52,499 nt of DNA. Origin: Myxococcota bacterium (lineage in GTDB: Bacteria > Myxococcota > XYA12-FULL-58-9 > JALHOP01). The notes under the pieces are model-generated. The model made no database searches, was not told the DNA's origin, and was given only the letters and a program-made list of their open reading frames with translations. Location: positions 1 to 52,499 of the forward strand of contig JBGGMJ010000009.1 of NCBI GenBank assembly GCA_041288095.1, written 5' to 3'. Shown here one piece after another: positions 19,714 to 28,232 of this stretch; positions within the stretch are counted from its first letter, which is position 1, and each line of letters starts with the position of its first letter. The position numbers were made by a program, and so were the translations under genes.

Positions 19714-20568
19714 CTAGCGCTTCAGCAAACCCAACCTTCCGCCCATGAGCCGGTCGAGCCAACGCGGGGGCAGCATCGTCGGCAGCGTCCAGTTGGTGAG
19801 TCGCCCGGAGACCAACGCGACGCGGTGCTTCGGCCGCTTCGCGGTGAGCGCGGTGTGGACCGCTTTAGCGACCACCGAAGCCGGCAGGCCTTCGCGGCCG
19901 TGGTTGACCATGAATTCCGCCACGCGGTCGAGGATGGGCGCATAGTCGGTGTGCGCGTACTTCGAGCGGTCTTCCTTGTCGGCTTTGTCCCAGATGGGCG
20001 TCGCGATGCTGCCGGGCTCGAGCACGATCACGTCGATGCCGTACAGCAGGAGCTCGCGCCGCAGGCAGTCCGAGATGCCTTCGAGCGCGTGCTTCGAAGC
20101 GACATAGGGCCCGAGGAAGGGAAAGCCCATGCGCCCGCTGACGCTGCTCATCATGACGATGCGGCCGGGCTTGCCGGCGAACTTGGGCCGCGCCCCGAGC
20201 AGAGGCAGGAACGCCTGCGTCACCGCGATGACCCCGATGACGTTGATTTCGAGCTGGCGGCGGACCTCGTCGAGCGCCACGTGCATGAGCGGCCCCGGCA
20301 CCGCGACGCCGGCGTTGTTCACGAGGCCCCGCAGCGAGTCGTTGCCGATGGCGTTCGCGACCTCGCGTGCCGCGTGAGCGACCGCGGCATGATCCGTGAC
20401 GTCGAAGAGCAGGGGCGTTACATCGGCGCCGTAGGCCTCGCGCATCGCCGTGGCGTCAGCCTCTCTGCGCACACTGCCGAAGACGTGAAAGCCCTTGCCC
20501 ACGAGATAGTGGAGCGTCGCGGCGCCGATCCCAGTCGATGCACCCGTGACGACGACCGCTGGTTTCAC
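19714..20568 (-). CDS. SDR family oxidoreductase
   Basis: TGASTGIG, VNNAG, YVASK (YxxxK). Confidence 0.93.
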   Translation of the reverse strand: MKPAVVVTGASTGIGAATLHYLVGKGFHVFGSVRREADATAMREAYGADVTPLLFDVTDHAAVAHAAREVANAIGNDSLRGLVNNAGVAVPGPLMHVALDEVRRQLEINVIGVIAVTQAFLPLLGARPKFAGKPGRIVMMSSVSGRMGFPFLGPYVASKHALEGISDCLRRELLLYGIDVIVLEPGSIATPIWDKADKEDRSKYAHTDYAPILDRVAEFMVNHGREGLPASVVAKAVHTALTAKRPKHRVALVSGRLTNWTLPTMLPPRWLDRLMGGRLGLLKR

Positions 20569-20578
20569 GCCGCTTTAC

Positions 20579-20932
20579 TCAGTGAATCTTGTCGACGTTC
20601 TCGTCGACCACGAGCTGCGTCGGCGAGACTCCGAGATGGCGGACGATGGCGTCCTTCTCGGCGGCGAGTCGTTTGGGGTTCTCGATGAGGCGCACGCGGC
20701 CGCGGGCGATCTCGCCTTCGTCGAGGATGTTGCGCTCGGACAGCAGACTCTGGAGGACGTAGACGTCTTCTTGCGAGCGGCGTAGCTGCGAGCGGAGCTT
20801 TTCGATGTTGGCATTGAGCTCGCTCATTTGAGCGCGTCGAGCGAGACGATCACGGGCGAATTGGATCTCTCTGACAATCAACGCGAGCGCTAGCGATGCT
20901 CCACTGACGATCGCAAGTACGACCATGATCAC
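20579..20932 (-). CDS. hypothetical membrane-anchored coiled-coil protein
   Basis: N-terminal TM helix followed by a coiled coil; 10 nt upstream of the SDR gene. Confidence 0.65.
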   Translation of the reverse strand: MIMVVLAIVSGASLALALIVREIQFARDRLARRAQMSELNANIEKLRSQLRRSQEDVYVLQSLLSERNILDEGEIARGRVRLIENPKRLAAEKDAIVRHLGVSPTQLVVDENVDKIH

Positions 20933-20988
20933 CCTCGATCCGAGCCATGAGTATAGAGAGCCCGCATCGAGTCTACAACTGACTTCGG

Positions 20989-21020
20989 AAGCCGCGACGT
21001 CACTCGAACCGTCGCGGCTT
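20989..21020 (-). terminator. hairpin downstream of the OMP gene (likely terminator)
   Basis: Perfect 11-bp stem AAGCCGCGACG / CGTCGCGGCTT with 10-nt loop; weak U tract. Confidence 0.55.
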
Positions 21021-21048
21021 ACCGCGTCATTTCAGCCTGCCAGGGAGC

Positions 21049-21594
21049 CTAGAAGCCGAGGGCCACGTCCAGGCCCGCCGTGAACATGTTGAAGTCGGGG
21101 CTGGTGTCGCTGCTGGCCGGGATCACGTAATACTGGACGATGACGCCCAGCTTGATGATGGTCAGGTCGAGGAAGTGGTAGCCGGCGGCCACGTTGAAGC
21201 CAAAGTCCCAGCTCGTGTCCGAGAGACCCGGGACGCTGCCGGCGCCATCGACCGAGAAGCGCGTTCCGATGACACCCACGTGGGCGCCGACGAAAACCGG
21301 GACCGCCGGGATGTAGAGACGGGCGCCCGCGAGGAGCGGATAGATGGTCATGTTGGCGTCGGCGGTGCCTGCATCGAGGCTGAAGCGGTGCAGGCCGAGC
21401 TGCAGCTCGGGCTCGATGATCGGCAGCGGCAGGGGGCGAATATAGAGGTCACCGCCCCAGCCGTTGGCGTCGTCGCCATCGGAAACGAGGGCGCGGCTGT
21501 AACCGATGTCAGCGCCCACGCCGAAGGCTTTGGCCTCGTGGGTGACACCGACGATGATGGCAAGCACGGCGCTGAATTGAATGACACGCTGCAT
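21049..21594 (-). CDS. small outer-membrane beta-barrel protein
   Basis: Signal peptide ending AKA, amphipathic strands, C-terminal F; GGGAG RBS. Confidence 0.8.
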   Translation of the reverse strand: MQRVIQFSAVLAIIVGVTHEAKAFGVGADIGYSRALVSDGDDANGWGGDLYIRPLPLPIIEPELQLGLHRFSLDAGTADANMTIYPLLAGARLYIPAVPVFVGAHVGVIGTRFSVDGAGSVPGLSDTSWDFGFNVAAGYHFLDLTIIKLGVIVQYYVIPASSDTSPDFNMFTAGLDVALGF

Positions 21595-21822
21595 CGGTAG
21601 TTAGCTCCCGTTTAGAGGTCGAAAAACCCGCGGCCCTAGGGTCCCGGGGTTACACGATTTTCATCCCTTGAAGCAGATCTCCAATCAAGGCGCATGTTGC
21701 GACGCCGATCGCGTTATTCTTATTCGGAGTTGTGTATGTTTGACCGGACCCCGTGGCATCGGAGTCTCTCACCCCCAGGGGTGCGGTAGTGGTACAATCT
21801 CGGACATGGGCGAGGAGCGGGA

Positions 21823-23280
21823 ATGGCTGCGCGGATGACTGATCATCTGGGTGACACCCAGGCGATTCGTCGCGATGCTGCCCTCGGCAAGGCGCTCACG
21901 ACCATCCGCGTCGATGTCATCGCGGGTCCCGACGCGGGCGCGTCGCAGACCTCGTCGGCGGACACCCTCAGCGTCGGCACCGCGCCCGGCAACACCTTGC
22001 AGGTCACCGACCGCACGGTCTCTCGCTATCACCTCGAGCTAAGGCGCGAGGGCGAGGAGATCGTCCTCACCGATCTGGGCTCGACCAACGGCACACGCAC
22101 GGGCGAGGTGCGCCTCGAGCGCGCCCGAGTGAAGAACGGCACGACGCTCGCGCTCGGTATGACGCGCCTGCGAGTCAGTGATGGCGCCGAGACGCAGGTC
22201 GACGTGAGCGTGCGCAACGAGCTCAAGGGGTTGAAGGGCGACACGGTGTTGATGCGCCGCTTGCTCGCGCTCGTCGAAAAGAGCGCCAAGAGCGACGTGC
22301 CGGTGCTCGTCACGGGTGAGTCCGGCACCGGCAAAGAGCTCATCGCCCGCGCCTTGCACGCGACCGGGCCACGAGCCGACCATCCCTTCGTCGTCGTCGA
22401 CTGCGGCTCGCTATCGCCGACACTCATCGGCAGCGAGCTCTTCGGGCACGAGCGCGGTGCTTTTACCGGCGCCACCGATCGTCACGCGGGCGCCTTCGAG
22501 CAGGCAGGCGAGGGCACGGTTTTTCTCGACGAAGTGGGAGAGCTGCCGCCGACCTCGCAGGCAGCGCTCCTCGGCGTCCTCGAGCGCGGCACCTTCCGCC
22601 GCTTGGGCGGACGCACCGAGCTACCCATGCGCGCGCGCATCGTCTCGGCGACGAACCGCGATCTGCGCTCCGACGTCAATCGCCACACCTTCCGCCTCGA
22701 CCTCTACTATCGCCTCGCCATCGTCGTGCTCCTGGCGCCGCCGCTGCGCGACCGTCTCGAGGACATTCCTCTCCTGGCGCAGCACTTCGCCAAGCGCGCG
22801 GGTCACGACGGCTCGCTCGAGACCCTCATCCCCTTCGACGTCCTCGAGCGCATGAAGGTCTATTCGTGGCCGGGCAACGTGCGCGAGCTGCGTAACGTCA
22901 TTGACGCGGCAGTGACGCTGGGCGCCGACTGGATGCTCGACAACGTCCCCGAGCTGACGCGTCCCCCGCTGCCGCAACCGCTGTCCGACGAGCTCACTTC
23001 GCCCTCGCTCTCCGGCGCCGCGCCGACCGCGTTGTCACCGCCGCCGTCCTCGTCGGATCCGGCGTCCATCGAGGCCTACAACGAAGCGCGGGCGACCGTG
23101 CTCGCCGACTTCGAGCGCCGCTATCTCACGCAGTTGTACCAGGCGACCGAAGGCAACGTGTCGAAGGGCGCGCGGCTCGCCAACATGGATCGCAGCCACC
23201 TCGTCGATTTGTTGCGCAAGCACGGCATCCATCCGCCGCGGCGCGAGGCGGGCGCGACCGACGGCGGCGGCGACGCTTGA
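21823..23280 (+). CDS. FHA-domain sigma-54-dependent transcriptional activator
   Basis: FHA (VSRYH, DLGSTNGT), GESGTGKE, GAFTGA, FLDEVGE, WPGNVREL, Fis-type HTH. Confidence 0.95.
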   Translation: MAARMTDHLGDTQAIRRDAALGKALTTIRVDVIAGPDAGASQTSSADTLSVGTAPGNTLQVTDRTVSRYHLELRREGEEIVLTDLGSTNGTRTGEVRLERARVKNGTTLALGMTRLRVSDGAETQVDVSVRNELKGLKGDTVLMRRLLALVEKSAKSDVPVLVTGESGTGKELIARALHATGPRADHPFVVVDCGSLSPTLIGSELFGHERGAFTGATDRHAGAFEQAGEGTVFLDEVGELPPTSQAALLGVLERGTFRRLGGRTELPMRARIVSATNRDLRSDVNRHTFRLDLYYRLAIVVLLAPPLRDRLEDIPLLAQHFAKRAGHDGSLETLIPFDVLERMKVYSWPGNVRELRNVIDAAVTLGADWMLDNVPELTRPPLPQPLSDELTSPSLSGAAPTALSPPPSSSDPASIEAYNEARATVLADFERRYLTQLYQATEGNVSKGARLANMDRSHLVDLLRKHGIHPPRREAGATDGGGDA

Positions 23281-23305
23281 CGGCCCTTCGCCGCTTTCGT
23301 ATGAC
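23277..23305 (+). promoter_or_regulatory. sigma-70-like promoter for tRNA-Leu
   Basis: TTGACG, 17 nt, TATGAC; 14 nt before the tRNA. Confidence 0.6.
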
Positions 23306-23319
23306 GCGAGCCCTTCCGC

Positions 23320-23403
23320 GCGGGCGTGGCGGAATTGGCAGACGCGCTGGACTCAAAATCCAGTTCTAGCGATAGAGTGTCGGTTCGACCCCGACCGCCC
23401 GCA
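23320..23403 (+). tRNA. tRNA-Leu (anticodon CAA), type II; CCA not encoded
   Basis: Acceptor stem GCGGGCG/CGCCCGC-A, D arm GGCGGAATTGGCAGAC, anticodon arm CTGGA-CTCAAAA-TCCAG, long variable arm, GGTTCGAC T loop. Confidence 0.95.
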
Positions 23404-23441
23404 CTTCGACTCCTCCGCCAGCACAGGCGACGCGCAGCTGC

Positions 23442-24167
23442 TCAAGCGTTGAGGCGCGCGAAGGCGTCTTCGGCGTCGGCCACCGTGTCGAACGCCATGA
23501 ACGCATCGGCGGCGTGCGCGTCGCGAATGGCGCGGCGTAGCTGCAAGACACCGACGCTGCGCGGACCGACGAGACCACCCACGAGGCTCGCGTGCGGCAG
23601 GTCGGCAAGCCAGGTCGTGAAGTCCTTCACGCCGTCGGGTGCGCAGCAGACGAACTCCAGGGCGTCGATGATGAGGATCATCGGCTGCGGCAGTCGTGGC
23701 AGCTCCCTGGCCACGTAGGAGCGCAGCTCGATGCAATCGTTTTTCTCGAGATAGCCGGCGAGCGTCAGCGTGACGTGCTTGCCGCGGACGCCGAGGCGAT
23801 ATTTGACGCTGAGCTCCCCATCGATGGGCGGCGGGGGCGCGGTTTCGGTCAGGGTCAGTAGGTGCTCGTCGAGAGCCTCGCGGGTCACGTCGTCGAGCTC
23901 GAAGAAGCGTACGCCGAAGCCACGGACTCCGTCGCGGCGGACAACTTGTCCGTTCAAGTGGACGGGGAGGCCGTTTGGCAGGCGAAAAGCGATGCGCACG
24001 CCGTTTCCCACCTGCAGCTCGGGCACATTGGTGACGAGCGCGCCGCCGCGGCTCAAGTTGGCGACCGTGGCCGGCTGTGTTTTGGCGTGCGTGGTGATGC
24101 TCGCCGCCTGCTGCATCGAGATGCGCGGGTGGGCGCGCTTCTCCGCGGAGCCCGCCACGGTGGTCAT
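23442..24167 (-). CDS. PilZ domain protein with STAS/SpoIIAA-like C-terminal domain
   Basis: RAHPR, NLSRGG, FGVRF; alpha/beta C-terminal domain ending FDTVADAEDAF; start at ATG 24167. Confidence 0.75.
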   Translation of the reverse strand: MTTVAGSAEKRAHPRISMQQAASITTHAKTQPATVANLSRGGALVTNVPELQVGNGVRIAFRLPNGLPVHLNGQVVRRDGVRGFGVRFFELDDVTREALDEHLLTLTETAPPPPIDGELSVKYRLGVRGKHVTLTLAGYLEKNDCIELRSYVARELPRLPQPMILIIDALEFVCCAPDGVKDFTTWLADLPHASLVGGLVGPRSVGVLQLRRAIRDAHAADAFMAFDTVADAEDAFARLNA

Positions 24168-24547
24168 CAGCGGCGTTCCGCCAGCTCCAGGTGCCCGCGC
24201 ACTTTCTGAAGCAGCTCGGCGCGCGCGATCGGCTTGGTGATGAAATCGTCGCAGCCGGCCGCGTAGGCTTCGGTGATCATGCTCTGGTCGCCCTTGGTGG
24301 TGACCATGATGATGGGGATCCGCTTGGTCGCCTCGTCGCGTTTCAAGGTGCGGCAACATTCCAGGCCGTCGATGTTCGGCATGACGACGTCGAGCAGGAT
24401 GAGATCGGGAGGCGTTTCGCCGCGCGCCACCTTGATCGCCTCGGCGCCGTCGGCGGCGGTGAAGAGCTCGTAGTCGGTGTTGCGGAACATCAGCTTCTCG
24501 AATGACAACACCGTCGGCGAGTCGTCGACCATCAGGATGCGCTTCAA
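24167..24547 (-). CDS. single-domain response regulator
   Basis: MVDDS, LLDVVMP, MVTT, FITKP. Confidence 0.92.
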   Translation of the reverse strand: MKRILMVDDSPTVLSFEKLMFRNTDYELFTAADGAEAIKVARGETPPDLILLDVVMPNIDGLECCRTLKRDEATKRIPIIMVTTKGDQSMITEAYAAGCDDFITKPIARAELLQKVRGHLELAERR

Positions 24548-25386
24548 GGGCGTGCCGTTCCTTTCAGGCGTTCGTGAGGCGTGTAGATCGGGTAGGTGGG
24601 GTAGGGGACGCGGTCGAAGGCCTTGCGTGCCGCCCCCACCGTCTCGGCCGAGCCCAGAAGAAGATACCCGCTGGTGCGCAAGGCGTCGTGCGCGCGCTCG
24701 AGCATGACCGCTTTAGCGGTGTCGTCGAGGTAGATGAGCAGGTTGCGCAGGAGGACGATGTCGTACCCCACGAGGCCCGGCCACGACTCCGTGAGGTTCG
24801 CGCGGCGGAACTGGGTGAAGGCGCGCAGAGCCGCGATGACGCGCAGCTGGCCATTGTGCTGCTGGAAGTACTTGGGCAGGAAGGAGGCCGGTACGCCGCG
24901 CTCGAGCTCGCGGTGCGAGTAGACGCCGGCGGCGGCGCGCTCGACGCGCTTGGCGGAGATGTCGACGCCCGTGATCTCGACGCTCCAGCGCGAGAGCTCG
25001 GGGAAGTGCTCGCGCACCAGCATGGCGACGCTGTACGCCTCTTGGCCGGTCGAACAGCCGGCGCACAAGACGCGCAGGCGCCGCACTTCGGCGCGCTTCT
25101 TCATGGCGCTCGGAATGACGAAGTCGCGCAAGGCGGTGAACGCCGGCGCGTCGCGGAAGAACGAGGTCTCGCAGTTCACGAGGTCGTCGACGAGGTCGGA
25201 GGTCGCTTCGTTGAAGGGCGGCCGCAGGCGATCGATGAGGGGTGTGACCCCGCTCATGCCGCGAGCGCGCGCGATTTGCTCGAGGCGAGCTTCGAGGAGG
25301 TCGGCTCGACGGCGATCGATGGACGTTCCCGCGTAGGCGCGCAGCGCCTGAGAGAGCGTCTCGTAATCGACATCGCAGAGAGCCAT
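24544..25386 (-). CDS. cheR: chemotaxis methyltransferase CheR
   Basis: ETSFFRD, AGCSTGQEAYS, RNLLIYLD, GYLLLGSAE. Confidence 0.93.
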   Translation of the reverse strand: MALCDVDYETLSQALRAYAGTSIDRRRADLLEARLEQIARARGMSGVTPLIDRLRPPFNEATSDLVDDLVNCETSFFRDAPAFTALRDFVIPSAMKKRAEVRRLRVLCAGCSTGQEAYSVAMLVREHFPELSRWSVEITGVDISAKRVERAAAGVYSHRELERGVPASFLPKYFQQHNGQLRVIAALRAFTQFRRANLTESWPGLVGYDIVLLRNLLIYLDDTAKAVMLERAHDALRTSGYLLLGSAETVGAARKAFDRVPYPTYPIYTPHERLKGTARP

Positions 25387-25449
25387 CGGTCTACTTCGTC
25401 CTCCAGTGTGCCTCGCCACGACCCTCGCGGTCCGTGCGCGGCATCACGT

Positions 25450-26514
25450 CTACTCCTTCACCAAGAGACGGCGTGTCAGCTCGCGCGCGACGTCCGAGAT
25501 CGGCAGCACCTTGCTCGCGAGCCCGGCCTTGACGATCTCGCCAGGCATACCCCAGACGACGCTCGTGGGTTCGTCTTGCGCATAGAGCTCTCCGCCCGCC
25601 GCGCGAATCGCATGCGCCCCCATGAGACCGTCACTACCCATGCCCGTGAGCACCAATCCGAGAGTGCGTGGCCCGTAGGCGGCCGCAACAGACTCGAACA
25701 ACAAGTCTACCGAGGGACGGCAGGAACGCACGGGAGGCTCGTCAGAAAGTAGCACGCGCGGGATGCCGCTCGCGTCGCGGCGTATGCGCATGTGTTGCCC
25801 CCCGGGTGCGATGTACACATGCCCTGACAACAGTTGGGTGTGATGGACGGCTTCGTGCACCTGCAGGGGTGTCCGCGCCGACAGACTCGCGGCGAGCTGC
25901 TCGGTGAACAAGCGCGGCATGTGCTGCACCACGACGACGGGCACCGGCATCGTCGGCGACATGCCGGTGAAGACCTCGCTGAGCGCCATCGGGCCGCCCG
26001 TCGAGACGCCGATGGCGATGATCTCGACGCGTCGCCCCGACGGTGGGGGCAAGGTCGGGCGGGGCGCGGCGGCCGGTGGCGTGACGGCGCTTTGGCGCAG
26101 ACGTGGCGATCGCTGGGCGAGGGCGCGGATCTTGTCGATGAGCACGGCGCGCAGCTCGCGCGGCAGCTCGCCGTTCGTCCCGACGGTCGACGGCTTGGTG
26201 ACGTAGTCGGCGGCGCCCGCGGCCAGAGCCTCGATGGTCACGAGGGCGCCGCGGCGGCTCAGCGAGCTGAACACCAGCACTGGCGTGAAGTGGCGGCGCC
26301 GCCGCAGCTCGCGCAGGAAGGCGATGCCATCCATCGTCGGCATCTCGATGTCGAGCAGGATGACGTCGGGATTCACCTCATCGAAACGCTCGAGGGCGAC
26401 CTGGCCGTTCTCGGCGGTGCCCACGACGTCGATGGAGCCGTCGACCGACAGGAGCCGCGTCACCATGGCGCGTCCGACGCGTGAGTCGTCGACGATGAGC
26501 AGGCGGATGCTCAA
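25450..26514 (-). CDS. cheB: chemotaxis methylesterase CheB (REC + esterase)
   Basis: DIEMP receiver; GVSTGG, QHM, GMGSDG catalytic motifs. Confidence 0.95.
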   Translation of the reverse strand: MSIRLLIVDDSRVGRAMVTRLLSVDGSIDVVGTAENGQVALERFDEVNPDVILLDIEMPTMDGIAFLRELRRRRHFTPVLVFSSLSRRGALVTIEALAAGAADYVTKPSTVGTNGELPRELRAVLIDKIRALAQRSPRLRQSAVTPPAAAPRPTLPPPSGRRVEIIAIGVSTGGPMALSEVFTGMSPTMPVPVVVVQHMPRLFTEQLAASLSARTPLQVHEAVHHTQLLSGHVYIAPGGQHMRIRRDASGIPRVLLSDEPPVRSCRPSVDLLFESVAAAYGPRTLGLVLTGMGSDGLMGAHAIRAAGGELYAQDEPTSVVWGMPGEIVKAGLASKVLPISDVARELTRRLLVKE

Positions 26515-27797
26515 ACGCTGAAGCCCGATGACAGCGCCAAGAGCTCGTTGGAGACCCGCTGCACTTCACTCGCCGCGGCTTGCGTCTGGCTCGCGCCGTA
26601 GGCCGTCTGCTTGGCGGCGTCCGCCACGGTGGAAATGTTGTGCGCGATACCGGACACGCCGCGCGAGGCCTCGCTGACGTTGCGGGCGATGTCGCCGGTC
26701 GTCACCGACTGCTGCTCGACGGCGCTGGCGATGGTGCTCTGGATCTCGCTGATTTGCCCGATGATGGTGCTGATCTCGCCGATGGCGGCAGTGGCTTGGC
26801 TGGTGCTCGCCTGGATCGACTCGATCCGTTGGCTGATATCCTCCGTGGCGCGGGCGGTCTCCTTGGCGAGCTCCTTCACTTCGTTGGCGACGACCGCGAA
26901 GCCCTTGCCCACTTCGCCGGCGCGCGCCGCTTCGATGGTGGCATTGAGCGCCAGCAGGTTCGTCTGCTGGGCGATGCTGGTGATGACCTTGATGACGGCG
27001 CCGATCTCGTTGCTGCTCGTGCCCAGGCGGCCGATGGTCTCGGTGGTGCCGCGGGCGACGGTCACCGCGCGCTCGGCGACCTTGGCGGCATCAATGGCGT
27101 TGTGGGCGATCTCGTTGATCGAAGCTGAGAGCTCTTCGCTCGCGGTGGCGACGGTTTCGACGGCGCGTTGTACTTCCTCGGCGGACAATTGGGCGAGGCT
27201 TGCGGTCGAAGCGGTCTGTTCGGAGGCGGCGGTCATCTCGGTGGAGATGAGGCCCAGGCCGTCGGAGGAGCTGGCGAGCAACGAGGCGGTGCCGACGACC
27301 TTCTTGCTCATCGTGATGACGTAGTTCTGCAGCTCGGCGACAGCTTGCTCGAGGCGCCCGAGCTGGTCGTCACCTTCCACTTCGACGGTCGTGGTCAAGT
27401 TGCCGCGCGCAAACCCGAGCAGGGCTTCGTGGAGGCGCTCGATTCGCTGTGTCCCGGGGGCCTCGCGGCTGTCCCCGAGCAGCAGATGCGCGACGTGACC
27501 AACGATGCTTCCGTTATGGCGGATGGGAGCGATCGTGGCTTGGCCCTTTACTCGCTTGAGCCGTGCGCGGCTGCCTCGCGGCGCCGCCTCGAAGAGCTCC
27601 TCGAGCGCGATGCCGAGGATGTCGTCCCCCTTGAGGGCTCTCACGGCGCTGACGTTGGCATAGACGACGTGCATCGCGGTGTCGGCCAGTAGAATCGGTG
27701 TCGGTAGCGCCTCGAGGCTCGCCACCAGTCCATCCGTGGAGCGCAAGTCGAAGGACGGTGAAGCGTCTCGCGTGGAGGTCTTCTTCTTGCTCGCCAT
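26511..27797 (-). CDS. soluble methyl-accepting chemotaxis protein (PAS-like + HAMP + MA)
   Basis: [37 protein letters not shown]; no TM segment. Confidence 0.93.
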   Translation of the reverse strand: MASKKKTSTRDASPSFDLRSTDGLVASLEALPTPILLADTAMHVVYANVSAVRALKGDDILGIALEELFEAAPRGSRARLKRVKGQATIAPIRHNGSIVGHVAHLLLGDSREAPGTQRIERLHEALLGFARGNLTTTVEVEGDDQLGRLEQAVAELQNYVITMSKKVVGTASLLASSSDGLGLISTEMTAASEQTASTASLAQLSAEEVQRAVETVATASEELSASINEIAHNAIDAAKVAERAVTVARGTTETIGRLGTSSNEIGAVIKVITSIAQQTNLLALNATIEAARAGEVGKGFAVVANEVKELAKETARATEDISQRIESIQASTSQATAAIGEISTIIGQISEIQSTIASAVEQQSVTTGDIARNVSEASRGVSGIAHNISTVADAAKQTAYGASQTQAAASEVQRVSNELLALSSGFSV

Positions 27798-27806
27798 CTT
27801 TGTTCC

Positions 27807-28232
27807 TCAGGTCGGTGAAGCTACGCGCTTGGCGTCGAGCACCAAGAGCAAGCGGGATTCGAGCTTGTGGACGCCGACGATGAAGGCGCGGGGAGCCCCC
27901 ATGACCGTCTGCGGCGGGGCTTCGAAGGATGCGGAAGAGACCGTGATCACGTCCTCGACAGCATCCACGAGTAGGCTCACAGCCTCGTCCCCGGCGCGGA
28001 TGATGACGTGCGATTGCCCCGCGTTGGGATCACGGTCCGGCAGGTTCAACCGGCGCCGCAAATCGATGGCCGCAATGACGTCGCCACGGAGATTGAGCAG
28101 GCCACGAACCGCGGGATCGGCGAGCGGCACCGTGGTGATCTCGCTTTCGCGGAGCACTTCTTGAACGTCGAGCACGGAGACGCCGCACAGGAGCTTGCCC
28201 ACGACGAAAGTACAAAGCTGCGTGTCGCTCAT
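27807..28232 (-). CDS. cheW: CheW
   Basis: VQEV, VPLA, GLLNLRGDVI, LLVDAV. Confidence 0.94.
   Translation of the reverse strand: MSDTQLCTFVVGKLLCGVSVLDVQEVLRESEITTVPLADPAVRGLLNLRGDVIAAIDLRRRLNLPDRDPNAGQSHVIIRAGDEAVSLLVDAVEDVITVSSASFEAPPQTVMGAPRAFIVGVHKLESRLLLVLDAKRVASPT

Noticed and set aside
21595-21822. Sigma-54 promoter near the FHA activator
   Set aside because: No convincing -24/-12 motif with correct GG-N10-GC spacing found by eye; only an extended -10-like TGGTACAAT at 21790-21798.
23320-23441. Integrated element at tRNA-Leu
   Set aside because: No integrase and no duplicated tRNA 3' end seen in the window.
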